Source of the DNA: Neodothiora populina
Taxonomy: Eukaryota
DNA: 64,000 nucleotides
Reading direction: 5' to 3'
NCBI RefSeq assembly: GCF_041146345.1
Contig: NW_027191413.1
Coordinates: 2,046,001 to 2,110,000, forward strand
The notes beneath the pieces were generated by a model. The model saw only the letters and a program-made list of their open reading frames with translations, was not told the origin of the DNA and did not search any database. Below, one piece after another: positions 1 through 12,478 of this stretch. The position numbers and the translations under genes are program-made. How positions within the stretch are numbered: the stretch's first letter is position 1; every line of letters starts with the position of its first letter.

Positions 1-1322
1 TCGGAGATAACAATGGGCACGTCGTACTTCCAGCGATATATATTAGCTGTGCACGTGGCACGGTTGACGCTGAAGCTCATGCTGTTCGCGCCAGACTTGA
101 GATTCAGAGAGTGCAGTTGATCGCTGGTCAGACGCAACGTCTTTGCATAATTGCGGTTCGGGTCTCCGGCGGTAGGTGTATCTGCTGATGTAGTGGGAGG
201 CGACGAGCCGAGAGCGCTGTCAGAGTCACGTCGTAGCTGTGAACTCATATAAGGAGCGCTGACCTGGCTTCGAGCATCATCGCTAGCATAACCCGGGTCA
301 GAGAGATTGTCGGCTGAAGTGAAGCCAGCATGCTGCAAGGTGCCCATTGCGTTTGCAGCCTTTGCATTCGCCTTGTCTCGGGCTTCTTCGCTGCCGTATA
401 TCCACAGGTTGCCGTTCTCGTCAGCGCCTATGAGAGAACCAATGTCGTAGTCCCCCTCAAGCTCCTCGGAAAGGATCTTGCGGGCGACGACCTCGGCACG
501 CAAAGCTTCGTCCTCGCTGCTCTTGTATCCCGTCATATCTAGCATTATATCGCCCTTTTCCGTGACTTGAGAGGCGATGTTGGACGTCCAAAGTTTCTTT
601 GACAGGTTGATGGCGCGAGTCATGGCGTCTTCGGAGCTCATGGGAGGCGGACTTGCGGATCGATCCGTCCTCGAGGTCGGAGCAGGTCGAGTTGACATGG
701 CGGCTTCTACGGCAGGATAGTTGCCGCTCGCGGTTATGGACTGTTCGATGGCGGCTTTTGCTGCGGGCAAGACATCGTCGGTGACGGCACGTCCTAGGCG
801 CGCCGGAGGCATGGCTGGATAGCCCATGTCGCTCTGCGCTCGCTGATCGTTGAACGACTGTTCGATGTCGCCCAGCGACTTGCTGTGTTGCTTGTTAGGA
901 TCATCGGGAATGGAGAGGGCATCCGTGTCGGACTGAGGATCCAGCTCGAAAGCCGGTGGTTCATTCAGTGAGGTGGATGACGGGCTCGCGCGGACATGAG
1001 GGCTCGTGGCGGGTGAGACTAAAGGTGAAGTCTGCAGAGCTTCAGGGACGCTGGAAGTGGTTTCGAAGACGAAGAAGGCCTCGCCTCCTTCTCCCAACTT
1101 CATGGGGAAGTCGCGGCGTTCATCATTCACCCTGAACTCGACTTTCTTCTCGTAGGGCCGTAGTAGAGAGAACTTGCCAAAGCGGACATGGAAGGGTGAG
1201 CAAGCGAGCGATCCATCCTCTTGTTCGACGACGATAACGTCGATGGCGCCACTTAAGGTAGCAGGGTTGATCGAATTCCAGGTCTTGGAAACAGAGCCAG
1301 ACAAGGAACGGACGTACTGCAT
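1..1322 (-). CDS. PAH1: Lipin / phosphatidate phosphatase (Pah1/Smp2/Ned1), 5' part; runs off the window start
   Basis: Manual minus-strand translation from ATG 1322: MQYVRSLSGSVSKTWNSINPATLSGAIDVIVVEQEDGSLACSPFHVRFGKFSLLRPYEKKVEFRVN (N-LIP domain). The frame stays open through NYAKTLRLTSDQL...WKYDVPIVIS, immediately before the expected DIDGT catalytic motif. It is absent from the ORF track because there is no stop in the window. Confidence 0.96.
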   Translation of the reverse strand, partial: MQYVRSLSGSVSKTWNSINPATLSGAIDVIVVEQEDGSLACSPFHVRFGKFSLLRPYEKKVEFRVNDERRDFPMKLGEGGEAFFVFETTSSVPEALQTSPLVSPATSPHVRASPSSTSLNEPPAFELDPQSDTDALSIPDDPNKQHSKSLGDIEQSFNDQRAQSDMGYPAMPPARLGRAVTDDVLPAAKAAIEQSITASGNYPAVEAAMSTRPAPTSRTDRSASPPPMSSEDAMTRAINLSKKLWTSNIASQVTEKGDIMLDMTGYKSSEDEALRAEVVARKILSEELEGDYDIGSLIGADENGNLWIYGSEEARDKANAKAANAMGTLQHAGFTSADNLSDPGYASDDARSQVSAPYMSSQLRRDSDSALGSSPPTTSADTPTAGDPNRNYAKTLRLTSDQLHSLNLKSGANSMSFSVNRATCTANIYRWKYDVPIVIS

Positions 1323-1865
1323 TTCGGTGCAGATGGAGGGGTGTTGCTGTTTCTGTCAATCACAGTGTCGTAACCTCCGACGGAGATGAGACTGGTAGCG
1401 TAAAGTACGCTGTCGCTGATGTGCAGTCACAGCGGTTGCATTTCCTTTGAGAGATTTCAGCGATGCACCGAGTATTGGTAGTCTGGTGGTAAAAGCAGAT
1501 CGGACGAGATTGTCGTGTAAGAATAGCTACAGCACGGTGCTAGTGCTGGCAATAAGATAGCGAGATGGCACGATGGAAGGATAAACTAGAACCGAAATGC
1601 GGAGGGGGAAACGTCACGGCTCGGCAGACGCTATTCGGTTTATGTGTAATGGAAGCACGACGAGAGGAGGCAAGCTGAGCTAAGACCGAGGAGCCGACCG
1701 AGCAGAGTCTGTTCCTTGTGACATATGGGACAATATCAAAGAATACGAGTTAGGAGTATGTTTCTAAATTTGGGATGGAGTATTTGCGGTTGCAGGCAAC
1801 AGTTTAAATGGAAAGAACGCTCATCTGGCGATGAACTGTTGAGAAGAGCAGCTGACGGAGGTACA

Positions 1866-1883
1866 GTACCTTGGCCAAGGTAC
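1866..1883. promoter_or_regulatory. Perfect 18-bp palindrome GTACCTTGGCCAAGGTAC in the divergent PAH1 / FnIII-gene promoter
   Basis: Seen directly; a regulatory role is inferred only from position and recurrence of the half-site. Confidence 0.35.
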
Positions 1884-2512
1884 GGTAGCTTGTACAAGGT
1901 ATCGTATGTGTTTTGGGCACCCGGTTGATATCAGCTTCAACAAAGGGAGATACAGCGACGTCGAGTAGTGATACGGCTGCTCCTATCGTACACTGATTGA
2001 CTGCAAGCACCAAACTTTGTACAGCAATAAGTTAAGGTACTGCAGATGCACAAGAACAGAAGAAGACTGCATGACTCGCCATGGGCAAAGAGGGGCTGGT
2101 TTACCGGATGCGGACTAGCAGAAGTGCCGGAAAGGGCGCCATAACCGCAGCGGCTGCATGGTGATGCATAAAGGTAGAGAGAAGGAAGGGATCCATGGAT
2201 CCCAGATGACGGTACCGCACGGAGTACAAGACACACAGAATGTACAACAGAATGTACAACAAAGTCGCGCTAACCCCAGACCGAGAGCAAACGCTGGTTC
2301 CTTCCAAAAAGAAGAAAGGAAATAATTCAGCCCTACGGCGGCTATCACTCTTACTCTCTGCAGTAATTACTTTGTACAATTGTACGGACAGCATTTCGTA
2401 CCTGCCCTACATACACTAATATACACAACTGCGCTATCATTCGGCCTGAGGAGTCTGGCACTTGCTCCAATTCATCCATCCGCATTCGCCTCTCGATGCA
2501 TCTCTCTAGATC

Positions 2513-4501
2513 ATGGCAAGGAGTATGGAAGCCGACAGTCTGAGTCTACTGCGCACGACGGGCATCCTGTCTGCCAGCCTAGGGGCAGGAGCAACAGCAG
2601 CAGGAGCAGCAAGAGACAATTCCGACCCAGGCGCCCGACACACCGCCCTCTCCACTATGCGACTCGTCATGATGCTCGACTCTTTTTCGCTCTTTGCCAC
2701 TTCCTTTTTCAATACTCTGTGTGTTGGCGCCGCACTCGTTTGGTAAGCAGCATCCATGCGTCACGCTACGCGTTCTTGTGTTCACAAAATCACCTGCTGA
2801 CATGAACAAGGCTGACATACCGCGCCTGTCTCGTCCTTAACAAACCACTCGAGGAACTAGTGGGTCTGCTGGGCTTCGAGATCCCTACTGGTCCACAGGT
2901 CGACCTCGCTGGCGTCAAAGCAGACGGTCTCGTGCTGCACTGGAAGGCCACCGACGACCGCAAAATCACCCACAGATATGACATCCAGGTCAACGGCACC
3001 ATTATTGGAGACGTCTCTCATGCCGACACGTCTATTGTAATTGCGAATTTGCGTCCGGAACAGCTATACATTGTTCGCGTAATCACTGTCAATTCATTGG
3101 ATTTCCGGGCGGCCAGCGAAGCCATTCGTGTCTACACCAAACCTGCCTCGTCGCAGGACTTCTTCCACCCCACCGCTGCCAACGCCGATCCCCCGTCTGG
3201 CCCTCCCACTGTCAGGCCCGTCAAACCTCTTGTCGATGCCTCGGCCCTTCCGCCAGCCACGCCGCCTCCGCTGCTGCGAGAGAGCAGCAATGGTCCTGGC
3301 CTGCCCAGGCGCAGCCTGATCTCCCGCAGACCCTCGCCCGCCATCCTTGGCATCGACACCCAGAACCTGGCATACGACGACGATCACGAGGACGATGCCA
3401 TGGAGACACAGCATGCTCTGACGGCGAAACTGGACGAGATCGCCCGCGAGACTGCAGACGTTGACCGCCAGATCCAGGAAGATGACCAGGAGGCTGTCCT
3501 CGCACGCGCAGCTTTGATCAAGGAGAGGGATGAGCTGAGGGCTGACCTGCGCGAGAAGGAAGACACGAGCCGTGATCTGAGAAAGCAAGTCAACACGCTG
3601 GAACGCAACAACCAGTCTGCTCAGAACAAGAAGAATGCCCAGGAGAAGCTGCTTCAACAGAAGATGAACGAGAGGCAGAAGCTCAAGGATGATGCTGTGC
3701 GCTGGGAATCCGATATTACAGACATGCAAGCCGAGATTGCTCGTGCCCACGACTACAAGTCCACTCTGCACCGCGAGACCGAGACCGAAAAGGCCGCACT
3801 CGTCGAAAAGCAGAACTTGGAGCTGCAGGCTCTCAAAGCCATCGAGGACGAGAACCGCGAAGTTGGCAGCCACATCAAGCAGCTGGAGCGCGAAGCCAAC
3901 GACTCTCCCAGCAACGCGGAGCCCAACGAGCACAACGACGTCCTCGCCGCCCAGGAATACGAGCAAGACCGCTACTGGCACGAGCGCCTTCGCGCCATCG
4001 AAGAGCAGTACATCGCTGCCGCACAAGCCATGGAGAACGCGCGAAGATTGTGTTACGAAGCTACAGGAAACCTCGCCGCCGCAAAGCAACGCCATGTAGA
4101 ATTCTCCCAGATCGCCGCTGCCGTGCCGACCTTCGACCAGCCCATGTCTCGTGCCAACAGCCAGCGACACCAAAACATGCGCCCCCCAAGCGGTCCTCTA
4201 CCGACCACTCAGCCGTCTGCGCAGACACCCTTCCCCCCAACCAGCGGACCTTCGTTCATCAACAACATGCCTTCTGTGCCCTCGTCCAATTTCACCAACA
4301 CCGGTTCTAGCTTTTTCAACATCAACAATGGCATGACACTTGACCGTCCTTTGGACGGCATGCATTTGTCTGAGTCCGAAGTCGAAAAACTCACTGGTGG
4401 TGCCCTCATGAGTCCTGGCGCAGGCGTCGAACTCTTACCTGCTGATCTGCTCAGCATCGCCGATGATGAAGAGCAGCAGCAGCAGTACCACCAGCAACAG
4501 C

Positions 4502-4550
<49 letters not shown>

Positions 4551-4560
4551 GCAGCAGCAG

Positions 4561-4595
<35 letters not shown>

Positions 4596-6537
4596 ACAAC
4601 AGCAACAACAACAAGGCTCACGAAGTGCTCTGACTCTTGGGCCCGCAGCTCCCATCAACAGCAGAGGAAGCAGCGATGGCGACTCAGACGGCCGTCAACA
4701 ATCCACCCAGATGCTGCCCGGGCTTGGTGCGCTACCTGGTCTGGGCGTCATCCCCGGCCTGGGTGCATCAAGTCGAAACACTGGACCAGCAAGCCCCGGA
4801 TCTATCGGCAGTCGTTCACCGAGTGTCTTTGCGAGTCCTGGAGCCAGCGCGAGCAACCTCGTCTTCAATTCCCCGGATAATGTCATGGACAGTGACCGTC
4901 GCTCCATTAGATCAAATAGGTCTCACCGAGCCGCGAGTGGCAGCATGGCGCACAGCGGGAGTCGCTTCACCCAGATCCTGGGTCTGGACAAGCTGAACCG
5001 TCAGAGAGGCAAGACCGTCTCCGAGGATGGCCCCGCATTTGGAAGCCTGACCAAGTCGCAAAGTCAATCGATGCCGCGTCAGTCGGAAGAGATGGACGAG
5101 GCCGAAGCTATTCTGGGACGCCGAAGAAATAGCAGTCACTCGGGTAACTTTTTTGGGGGTATGCTCGGTCGCGGCTCCGCGCATAGCAAAAGCACAGGGG
5201 CTGATGCAAGTGCCTCTGCGACTGCTCTGCCAAGCCAGAAGCACATTGCCACCCGTAGACGGCCCTTCAACATGTTCGGCTCCAAGACCGATGGATGGGC
5301 TGCCATACTAGGCCAAGAGAACAGACCCTCCTCTCCGCGACCAGGCTCCACTCACTCTACCGAGTTGCCGCGACCGTCTGGTGACTCGTTGACGGGATGG
5401 GGACTGTGGCCCTCTGCAGTCGAACCCTTCGGTCAGAGGAGCAGCCCGCTGAGCGCAGACTGGGCCGCTCCACCACCTGGTCTGTCTGGAGCTGGTAGCC
5501 TACCATGGGGATCAAGACATCAATCCCGTAGACCGTCGGTACAACACGGCGGAGCGAGTGGGATTCCGGACTATATACTGGAAGACGACGCAGATTACAG
5601 CTCCGAGCCAGACGACGGCCCACAAGGAAGACAACTGCCACCGATAGGCACCCGACCAGCCCCTCGTCCACCCTCGCCGAAGCTTAACCCGGCAGCCAAA
5701 GACTTCAAGTCACTCTTCTCCCGCAGTGACAGACGATCTCGCAACAAGGATGAATTAAGCAACAGGAGAAAAGGAGCCGCTGAAGAAGACGAAGAAGACG
5801 ACGACGACGACGACGACGACTTCGACACTTCGACTCCCCACCTAGCAAGCAAAGAACCTCTCCTCTTCGGCCGCCCCGACGACGACAACGACGACACCTT
5901 CTCCCCCTCGTCGACCTCGCCCTCCCAACGCCGCAACAAATCCCGCGACGACGACGCCTCCTCCCTACTATCCCGCACGGCCTCTCACACGCCCTCAGAA
6001 GGCCTCCTCTCCTCCCAACCCGCCGGCCCCGCATCCCTAGCATCAACAACCTCGACCTCCACAACAAAAGACAAAGAGTCCTTCATGGCAAAACTCACGC
6101 GCAAGTCATCAAGCGGCAAATTCAGCCTGCCGGTCTTCACGCGCTCGAGCGAGCGCCGAGGCCGCGCAGCCACCACTTCCGGCCCATCATCCCAGAACCC
6201 CAACACCAACAACAACCTCCTGTCTCCTCACGACGGCGAGAGCAGCGGCACCGGCTTCTCAGACGACATGGCCCTGGCGTCGAGTCTGGACTCTCTGTCT
6301 GCGGCAGGAGGAGACTACAACAACAAGCGCTCCACCGCGGCGGCGGGCGATGCTGGTGGGAACGGAAACGCAAGCGCCACAGGAAGCGCGAGGAGCTGGA
6401 GCAGTGTCTTTGGCGGCAGCATGAGGTCTTCGAAGCGCGAGAAGGAGAGGATCGCGGCTGCGGCTGCGGCTGCTGCTGCGGCAGCCGCTAGGGATGCTGA
6501 GGACGTCGATGATGATACCGAGGCGCTGAGACCTTGA
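2513..6537 (+). CDS. Membrane-anchored fibronectin type III / coiled-coil protein with polyQ tract (fungal family sometimes labelled AcrB-like)
   Basis: Exon 1 ends ...LCVGAALVW; intron 2743-2810 (GTAAGC...GCTGAC...AAG) joins in frame to LTYRACLVLNKPLEELVGLLGFEIP and the 1225-aa ORF. FnIII-like segment (LVLHWK...YDIQVNG...LRPEQLYIVRVITVN), long coiled coil, low-complexity tail. Start codon uncertain (several ATGs between 2513 and about 2672). Confidence 0.8.
4492..4614 (+). repeat. Coding (CAA/CAG)41 trinucleotide repeat, including a pure (CAA)16 run
   Basis: 41 consecutive Gln codons counted from the DNA. Confidence 0.97.
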
Positions 6538-6960
6538 GGGTAAGGTACTTTTGCTCAATAGCATATAGACTACGCCCGGGCATTCATTCATGGACATTTC
6601 CATTATTCGGATGTTTATAAGAAGAAGAAAATATGCCCGAGTCAGATGTATGTGACGCTCATAATGAAATTGAGAGTGAGGCGCCTCTTGGAAATACCCC
6701 TGAGCCCACTCGACACTCGATAGGGATAAATCATGAATGATCCAAAGTAAATTCCAGACACAAAACATCACAACAAATATAACTTCGAGTGCAATGAACA
6801 AGATCATGAAACAGAAAAAAAGAGCCCCAGAGCACTCGTTGCGTATAATTGCAGCATAAATTGCAGCAGACTTGCATAAATAGTCCAACCAAGGGACACT
6901 AACTAAACTCATATCATTCTGCGATTCCGGAGCTCTAACGTGACATCTCAAATAAACATC

Positions 6961-8699
6961 CTAGTTGTACCACTCGCCAGAGATCCAGCGGTTGACCATC
7001 TCGAGACTGGCAACGGGCTGGTCATAAGGGACCATGTGACCGCCGGCATGTAGTCTGATGAAAGTGAAGTTGCCGGATGTCTTGATGGAGCCAATCTTGG
7101 AGTCGTCCTCGAGGAGGCTGAGGTCCTCATAGGGCGCCTTGTTGTAGTCCTTCTTGCCGGGCCACTCGAGAGCCTTGGTCCATGCGAGGTTACCGAGCCA
7201 CTTTTTATGGTCATTAGTGAATGATTTGGAGATACTGGTAGACAAGCAAAGGCGATACTTACGTTGCAGATGAAGTCGGCATCACCAGCGTAGATGAGGA
7301 CGGGAATTTCCTCGAGAATGCCAGGGACAAGGCGGTGGAAGGGTTGCATCCAGTCACCGGCGAACAGGAAGTTGCGGTTGATGTCAAAGTTGCAGCTGTC
7401 ATACTTGCTGACCTCAGCGCCGAGAGACTTCATGACCTTGTCCTCGTTGAGGTAGGTGCTGATCCACTCGAGCTCGTCGTAGCATAGATCGCCGCCAGAG
7501 CAAGGCTTGCGAACATCGTAGACGTTCTGGCCAGTCTTCTGGTAAGGACCGATCATGGCGTTGTTGCAGTAGATCGAGGCAGGAACACAAGACCAGACGC
7601 TCTCGCTGTTGTAGCAGCTCTCGATCAGGCTCTTGCAACGGGGAAGGGCGTTGTCCATGGCCTGGCATTGCTGCTCGTCAAGAACGGCGGGCCAGCCACC
7701 CTCACCACAAGCCATGGGGCGGTAGTAGTCGTATTGGGTAAGACCATCAGTGAGACCGTTTCCGATCATGACTGACTTGAGGTTGATGTTGCGCTTCTTG
7801 TGAGAAAGGATCTCAGAGGCAAAGACGGGGATGTAGTGGCCAGCGTAGGACTCGCCAGCAATGTGGAAGTCCTGCTTGGCGTACTCGGGGAATTGCTTGA
7901 AGAAGAGGGACATGAGGGCGTAGACATCCTTGCCGGCAGCAACAGTGTTGCTAACGGAGCCACCACTGTAGGAGTAGCCGACGTTGACGGGCTGGTCGAG
8001 GAAGATGACGGAAGCGTTGGCGTTCCACGAAGAAGGGTTGAAGTCGAGGCCGACCTTCTTGTTGACAAACGAGGGACCCAGCTCCATGAAGAGACCGGTG
8101 AGAGACGAGCAGCCTGGGCCGCCGTTCAACCAGAGAATCACAGGATCGTTCTTGGGGTCATTGCGGGACTCAAAGAACCCTACACGGTCGTTAGCTTTTT
8201 GCAATTGGCGTCTGGATGATCATGTTCGCCACTCACAGTAGAACAAGTGCTTGTCCTCCTCGTCATCGTCAAGGTAGCCACTGTACTGCTTAACCTTGTC
8301 GACACCAAGAATGCTAGGATCGACAGCCTTGGTTCTGAGACTGAAGTGCTCGAGGTTGCCCTCGATCTCCCTCTCCTTCTCGCCCTTGGCGTTCTCGACC
8401 CAGACAGCCTGGACATCGGCGCCCTTGATGATGTGGTCCCACGCGCTGTCGTGCTTACGGGTGTGGGGCTTGGGCAGAGAGAAGAAGCTGGCCTGATCCA
8501 TCGCCTCGGGGAACATCATGGCGACCTCATCCCAGACCTGGCGAGCCTCACCAGTCAAGGTCTTGAGAGACTCCTGCAGGTTGTGGAGAGGCTTCCTCCA
8601 TGCCGACGAAGCAGCCTTGGGAGTCTGGAAGACCTGTTGCTGGGGTGCAACAGCCGCAGAAGCTGCTCCAATGAGGAGAGCTGACGCTGCAACCTTCAT
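6961..8699 (-). CDS. PRC1: Carboxypeptidase Y homolog (serine carboxypeptidase S10), 3 exons
   Basis: Signal peptide and propeptide; motifs [35 protein letters not shown]. Exons 8699-8237, 8179-7263, 7200-6961. Confidence 0.97.
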
Positions 8700-8992
8700 A
8701 ATGATATTGTCTGGGAGCTCGAATGTGGTAGCCTAGTTAACGAGAGCTAGCCAAGAGTAGAAGGTGCGGATGAATGCACCGTAGACAAAGTGAAAGATGA
8801 ACAATGCCGACCTCCCACGATATACGATGAGAAGGAAAGCCTAGCAGTGTAATGTAGCAAAGAAGAGATGAGAGAGAAAGGGAGAAGGGCAGGAGTGAGT
8901 CAATAAAGGCTCGAGGCAATGATGGCAGAGGAGGACAGACCAGGCACACTTAGGTCATGTGTCTGTGTGCTTGAGCTTCTGTCTGTTCCTCT

Positions 8993-8996
<4 letters not shown>

Positions 8997-9032
<36 letters not shown>
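8997..9032. repeat. (TC)18 microsatellite in the divergent PRC1 / SDO1 promoter
   Basis: Seen directly. Confidence 0.95.
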
Positions 9033-9035
<3 letters not shown>

Positions 9036-9708
9036 CATCCAGATAAGGTAGCTTGGCTCCTGCACCTCACACACACACACAAGTACGCAATCGGCTTCTG
9101 GGGGCGTCGGCTGGGGTCGGCGTTAAGTTGGTGCCTTGCCCCATTCTGAGCATGAGAACCAATAGCGACCAATGGAACCATGGCAGACCAGTGACCGTTT
9201 CGCCGGCAACATCATGCCTGCCTGCCCCATCGGGCTTAGCCAACCATCATACGGTAGTACAAGTCTGCAAGGTCCGGGTCCAGCACACTCCTCGGGCTTC
9301 CTAAGGTACAGTACGGAGTACCTACCTACCTAGTACCTATTCACAGATAGACTGCAGGCATCGTGGATGAACAGAACACAGCGCAGTACAGCACGTCACG
9401 GGGGTGCACTGACAGATTGTAGTGCTGATCACGGCTATCTCCGCACAATGATCCCAGTCAAGAGTCCCAGTCCCAAGTCTGTTCTGTTCTGTTCTGGTCA
9501 GGTCCTGGTCTTGGCAGATGTGACGCATAGGGTCCGGTCTATCAATAATCAAATCTCCATAATCACGTTTTGGAGGCGGGCGGGCTGGGGCTGCTACACA
9601 TGATTATATAGGATTTCAATAATTACAGCACGTTTTTTTTCTGTTGTAGCCAGACTTCATACTGTACTGAACTATACTGTGTTTGAAAGCTATCGCGGTA
9701 ACGCAGAA

Positions 9709-10766
9709 ATGCCCGTCGGTATCAGTCAGGTGGGTGACTACCGTTGACTGCAAAGATATATACGGAAATAAGAAAGAGAAAAATGTTGGACTGACATGTA
9801 TTGCTAGCCGTCTAATCAAATCAAGTTGACCAATGTGTCACTTGTGCGCATGAAGAAGGGTACGCCTTGTATCTGTCCATCTGCTCCGACTCGCCACCAC
9901 TGACATGCCTCGCAGGCAAGAAGCGCTTCGAAATCGCATGCTACAAGAACAAAGTGCTGGAATGGCGATCGGGCGTCGAGACAGACCTGGACAACGTCCT
10001 TCAGATCCCGAATGTCTTCCTGAACGTATCCAAAGGCGCCACCGCCCCGGCAGCCGATTTGCAAAAAGCCTTTCCCAAGATGTCGACCGACGACATCATC
10101 CTTGAGATCTTGAACAAGGGCGAGTTCCAGGTCGGCGAGAAGGAGCGCAATGCGCAGCTCGAGCGCGTGCACAACGAGGTCATCGATATCGTCGCCGGCA
10201 AGCTCATCGACCCCAAGAGTCAGCGCGTCTACACGACGGGCATGATCGAAAAGGCGCTAGATCAGCTCAGCAGCAAAGGTGGGCAGTCGGCGACAAAGGA
10301 CGCCGGGTTGGGCGCAAGCGGCACTGCGACGCCTGTCGAGGGCGAGAACGGCGAGGAGAAGAAGTCAAAACCTAGCTGGACTGGTGTCGTGACGACGCGT
10401 TCGGCCAAGTCGCAAGCTTTAGAGGCCATGAAGGCTCTCATCGCACATCAACCCATCCCCGTTGCACGAGCAAGGATGAGACTGCGAGTCACCTGCCCCA
10501 CTCCGGTCTTGAAGCAGGGTGTCAAGAGCGCACCGAAAGCCGGCGACGACGATGGAGAAGAAAGAGCAAAGGGCACGGTCAAGGATCGCATCCTCGGTTA
10601 CATCGAGCAGGTCGAGAACCAGGATGTCTTGGGAGAGGAGTGGGAGGTGGTCGGTTTCGTCGAGCCTGGAAGCTTCAAGCAGCTGGGCGACTTTATCAGC
10701 ACACAGACCAAAGGACGGGCGAAAGTCGAGGTGTTAGACATGGCTGTTGTCCACGAGACGGACTGA
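9709..10766 (+). CDS. SDO1: Ribosome maturation factor Sdo1 / SBDS
   Basis: Exons 9709-9729, 9808-9859, 9916-10766 give [38 protein letters not shown]...VFLNVSKG...SAKSQALEAMKAL...ARARMRLRV. Confidence 0.96.
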
Positions 10767-11243
10767 TTTATTCGTCCCAAGGCAACATTTCACTTTCTTT
10801 CACTGCGTTTTAGCGAATACATCGATAGTCAATGTTCTCAGTCATGTGTCAATGAGAGCGAGATCATGAAAACTAAGAAATGATTTTTTTGATTGAACAG
10901 ACTTGGCTGGGAGGCGATGGTGGGCATTGCAAATAGAAAACTAAGCGAATACTTGGATGCGATCCGTTGTAGCTGTTCTTAAGCAATGGTTCATGCAGTG
11001 ACTGGTCATGGAATCCACAAGGACCACAGTCATGAACCACAAGTCTGGCACATCTGGCACATCGGAGACGCTTGCAACCAACAGAAAAAAACCATGACGG
11101 ATAGGGCACATGTGGATGTCATTGAATGTGCATTGAACGTGCAGTACAACCAAGTTTTTTGCGCCATATCCGTAAAGCGAAGCAGCCTCTTAAGCCTAGC
11201 CTGCACCAGCACCCAGCATGTCCCATGCGATCGTGCGTTACGT

Positions 11244-11887
11244 TTAACCCTTCTTCTTGGAGACACCGACGGTTCTGCCACGACGGCCGGTGGTCTTTGT
11301 GTGTTGACCACGGACGCGGAGGCCCCAGTAGTGACGAAGACCTCTGTGTGCGCGGATCTTCTTGAGTCTCTCGAGGTCGTCACGGAGCTTGGAGTCGACA
11401 CCGTTGGCGAGGACCTGGAAGTCCTTGCCGTCGACAATGTCGCGCTGTCTGTTGAGGAACCAGGCGGGGATCTTGTACTGGGTGGGGTTCTGGATGATGG
11501 TGACAATGCGCTCGAGCTCTTCGGAGGTGAGTTCACCAGCGCTGCAAGTCGTGTTAGAATGCAATTCTGAAAAGCTCCAAATTCCTGTCTTCGATCCTTG
11601 ACGCTTTCCGCCATCTATCTCTTTTGCTCTTCTTCATTTCGATGGGATATATCCGTACCGCTTGTTCAAATCGACATCGGCCTTCTTGCAGACCAAGTTG
11701 GAGTAGCGGCGACCGACACCCTTTATCTTGGTCAGGGCGTACATGACCTGCTTGAATGTTAATGATGATTCTTCGGTCGGAAGTGCTGATTCTTTGGGCG
11801 GACGACCTTCTGCTTTCCGTCGACATTAGTGTTCAAAAGACGCAGGATGAACTGGAAGTTCGACTTTTCCCCTGAGACGAGCGACAT
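11244..11887 (-). CDS. RPS18: 40S ribosomal protein S18 (uS13)
   Basis: Exons 11887-11807, 11747-11659, 11541-11244 give [61 protein letters not shown]...[33 protein letters not shown]. Confidence 0.98.
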
Positions 11888-11990
11888 CGTGGCGGTGGTT
11901 GATGGGGTTTACTTCGCAGGCACGACTGAGAAAGTGTTGCTTTGCCAGACTGATGGCCGAGAAGAATCAGTGTGCGATGCACAGACCACG

Positions 11991-12068
11991 GTCACGTGCA
12001 TTTTGCGAAGAGGGTCGCTTGGTCTGAGCTTCCAGGTTTGCTTCACAGCTTCACAGCTTCACAGCTTC
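11991..12068. promoter_or_regulatory. RPS18 promoter elements: GTCACGTG (Cbf1-type E-box) and a (GCTTCACA)3 tandem repeat
   Basis: GTCACGTG at 11991-11998, about 105 bp upstream of the ATG; the 8-mer repeat is at 12040-12068. Function is inferred. Confidence 0.35.
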
Positions 12069-12478
12069 GGCGGGAAACCCACCCACTCTGAGCCGTCCCA
12101 CCTTACTTGTGCTGCTGCAATTATTATAGCTTCGCTAACAACAAGTGCTACTCTGCTGTTATACTATACTACATATATGTCTTGAACAGAGGCAAGTATA
12201 ATACCTTATTTTAATATTTTTGCCCGTGTCTTGTGGTCTTTTTGGGTATTCATGGTTCCTGAGTGACCACTATCTCGCGTGACGTGCAAGGTTCGCTTAA
12301 TTAGGCACCATTTTCACTCCATACCTCCAACGGATCACAAAAGTCTCAAAGGGTCCGCACTTGCCCTGGACACTACTATCAACCAGAACATATGGCACCA
12401 ACACCGTGCAATGCACAGTCTAGCATGCTGACGTGCATGTCTGCGTCCTTCACATTGCTTGTACATCGTGTCTATTGT

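Noticed and set aside
2235..2260. Short direct repeat (ACAGAATGTACA)x2 and other small tandem repeats (e.g. 37389-37420)
   Set aside because: Only a few copies with no spacer structure or terminal repeats; ordinary slippage, not CRISPR or a transposon.
3094..4173. 359-aa antisense ORF, and similar antisense ORFs over PRC1, RPS18 and CPS1
   Set aside because: They lie in register opposite strongly codon-biased real genes and show no recognisable motifs; these are shadow ORFs.
4209..4658. Poly-cysteine ORF on the minus strand
   Set aside because: It is the reverse complement of the CAA/CAG polyQ repeat.
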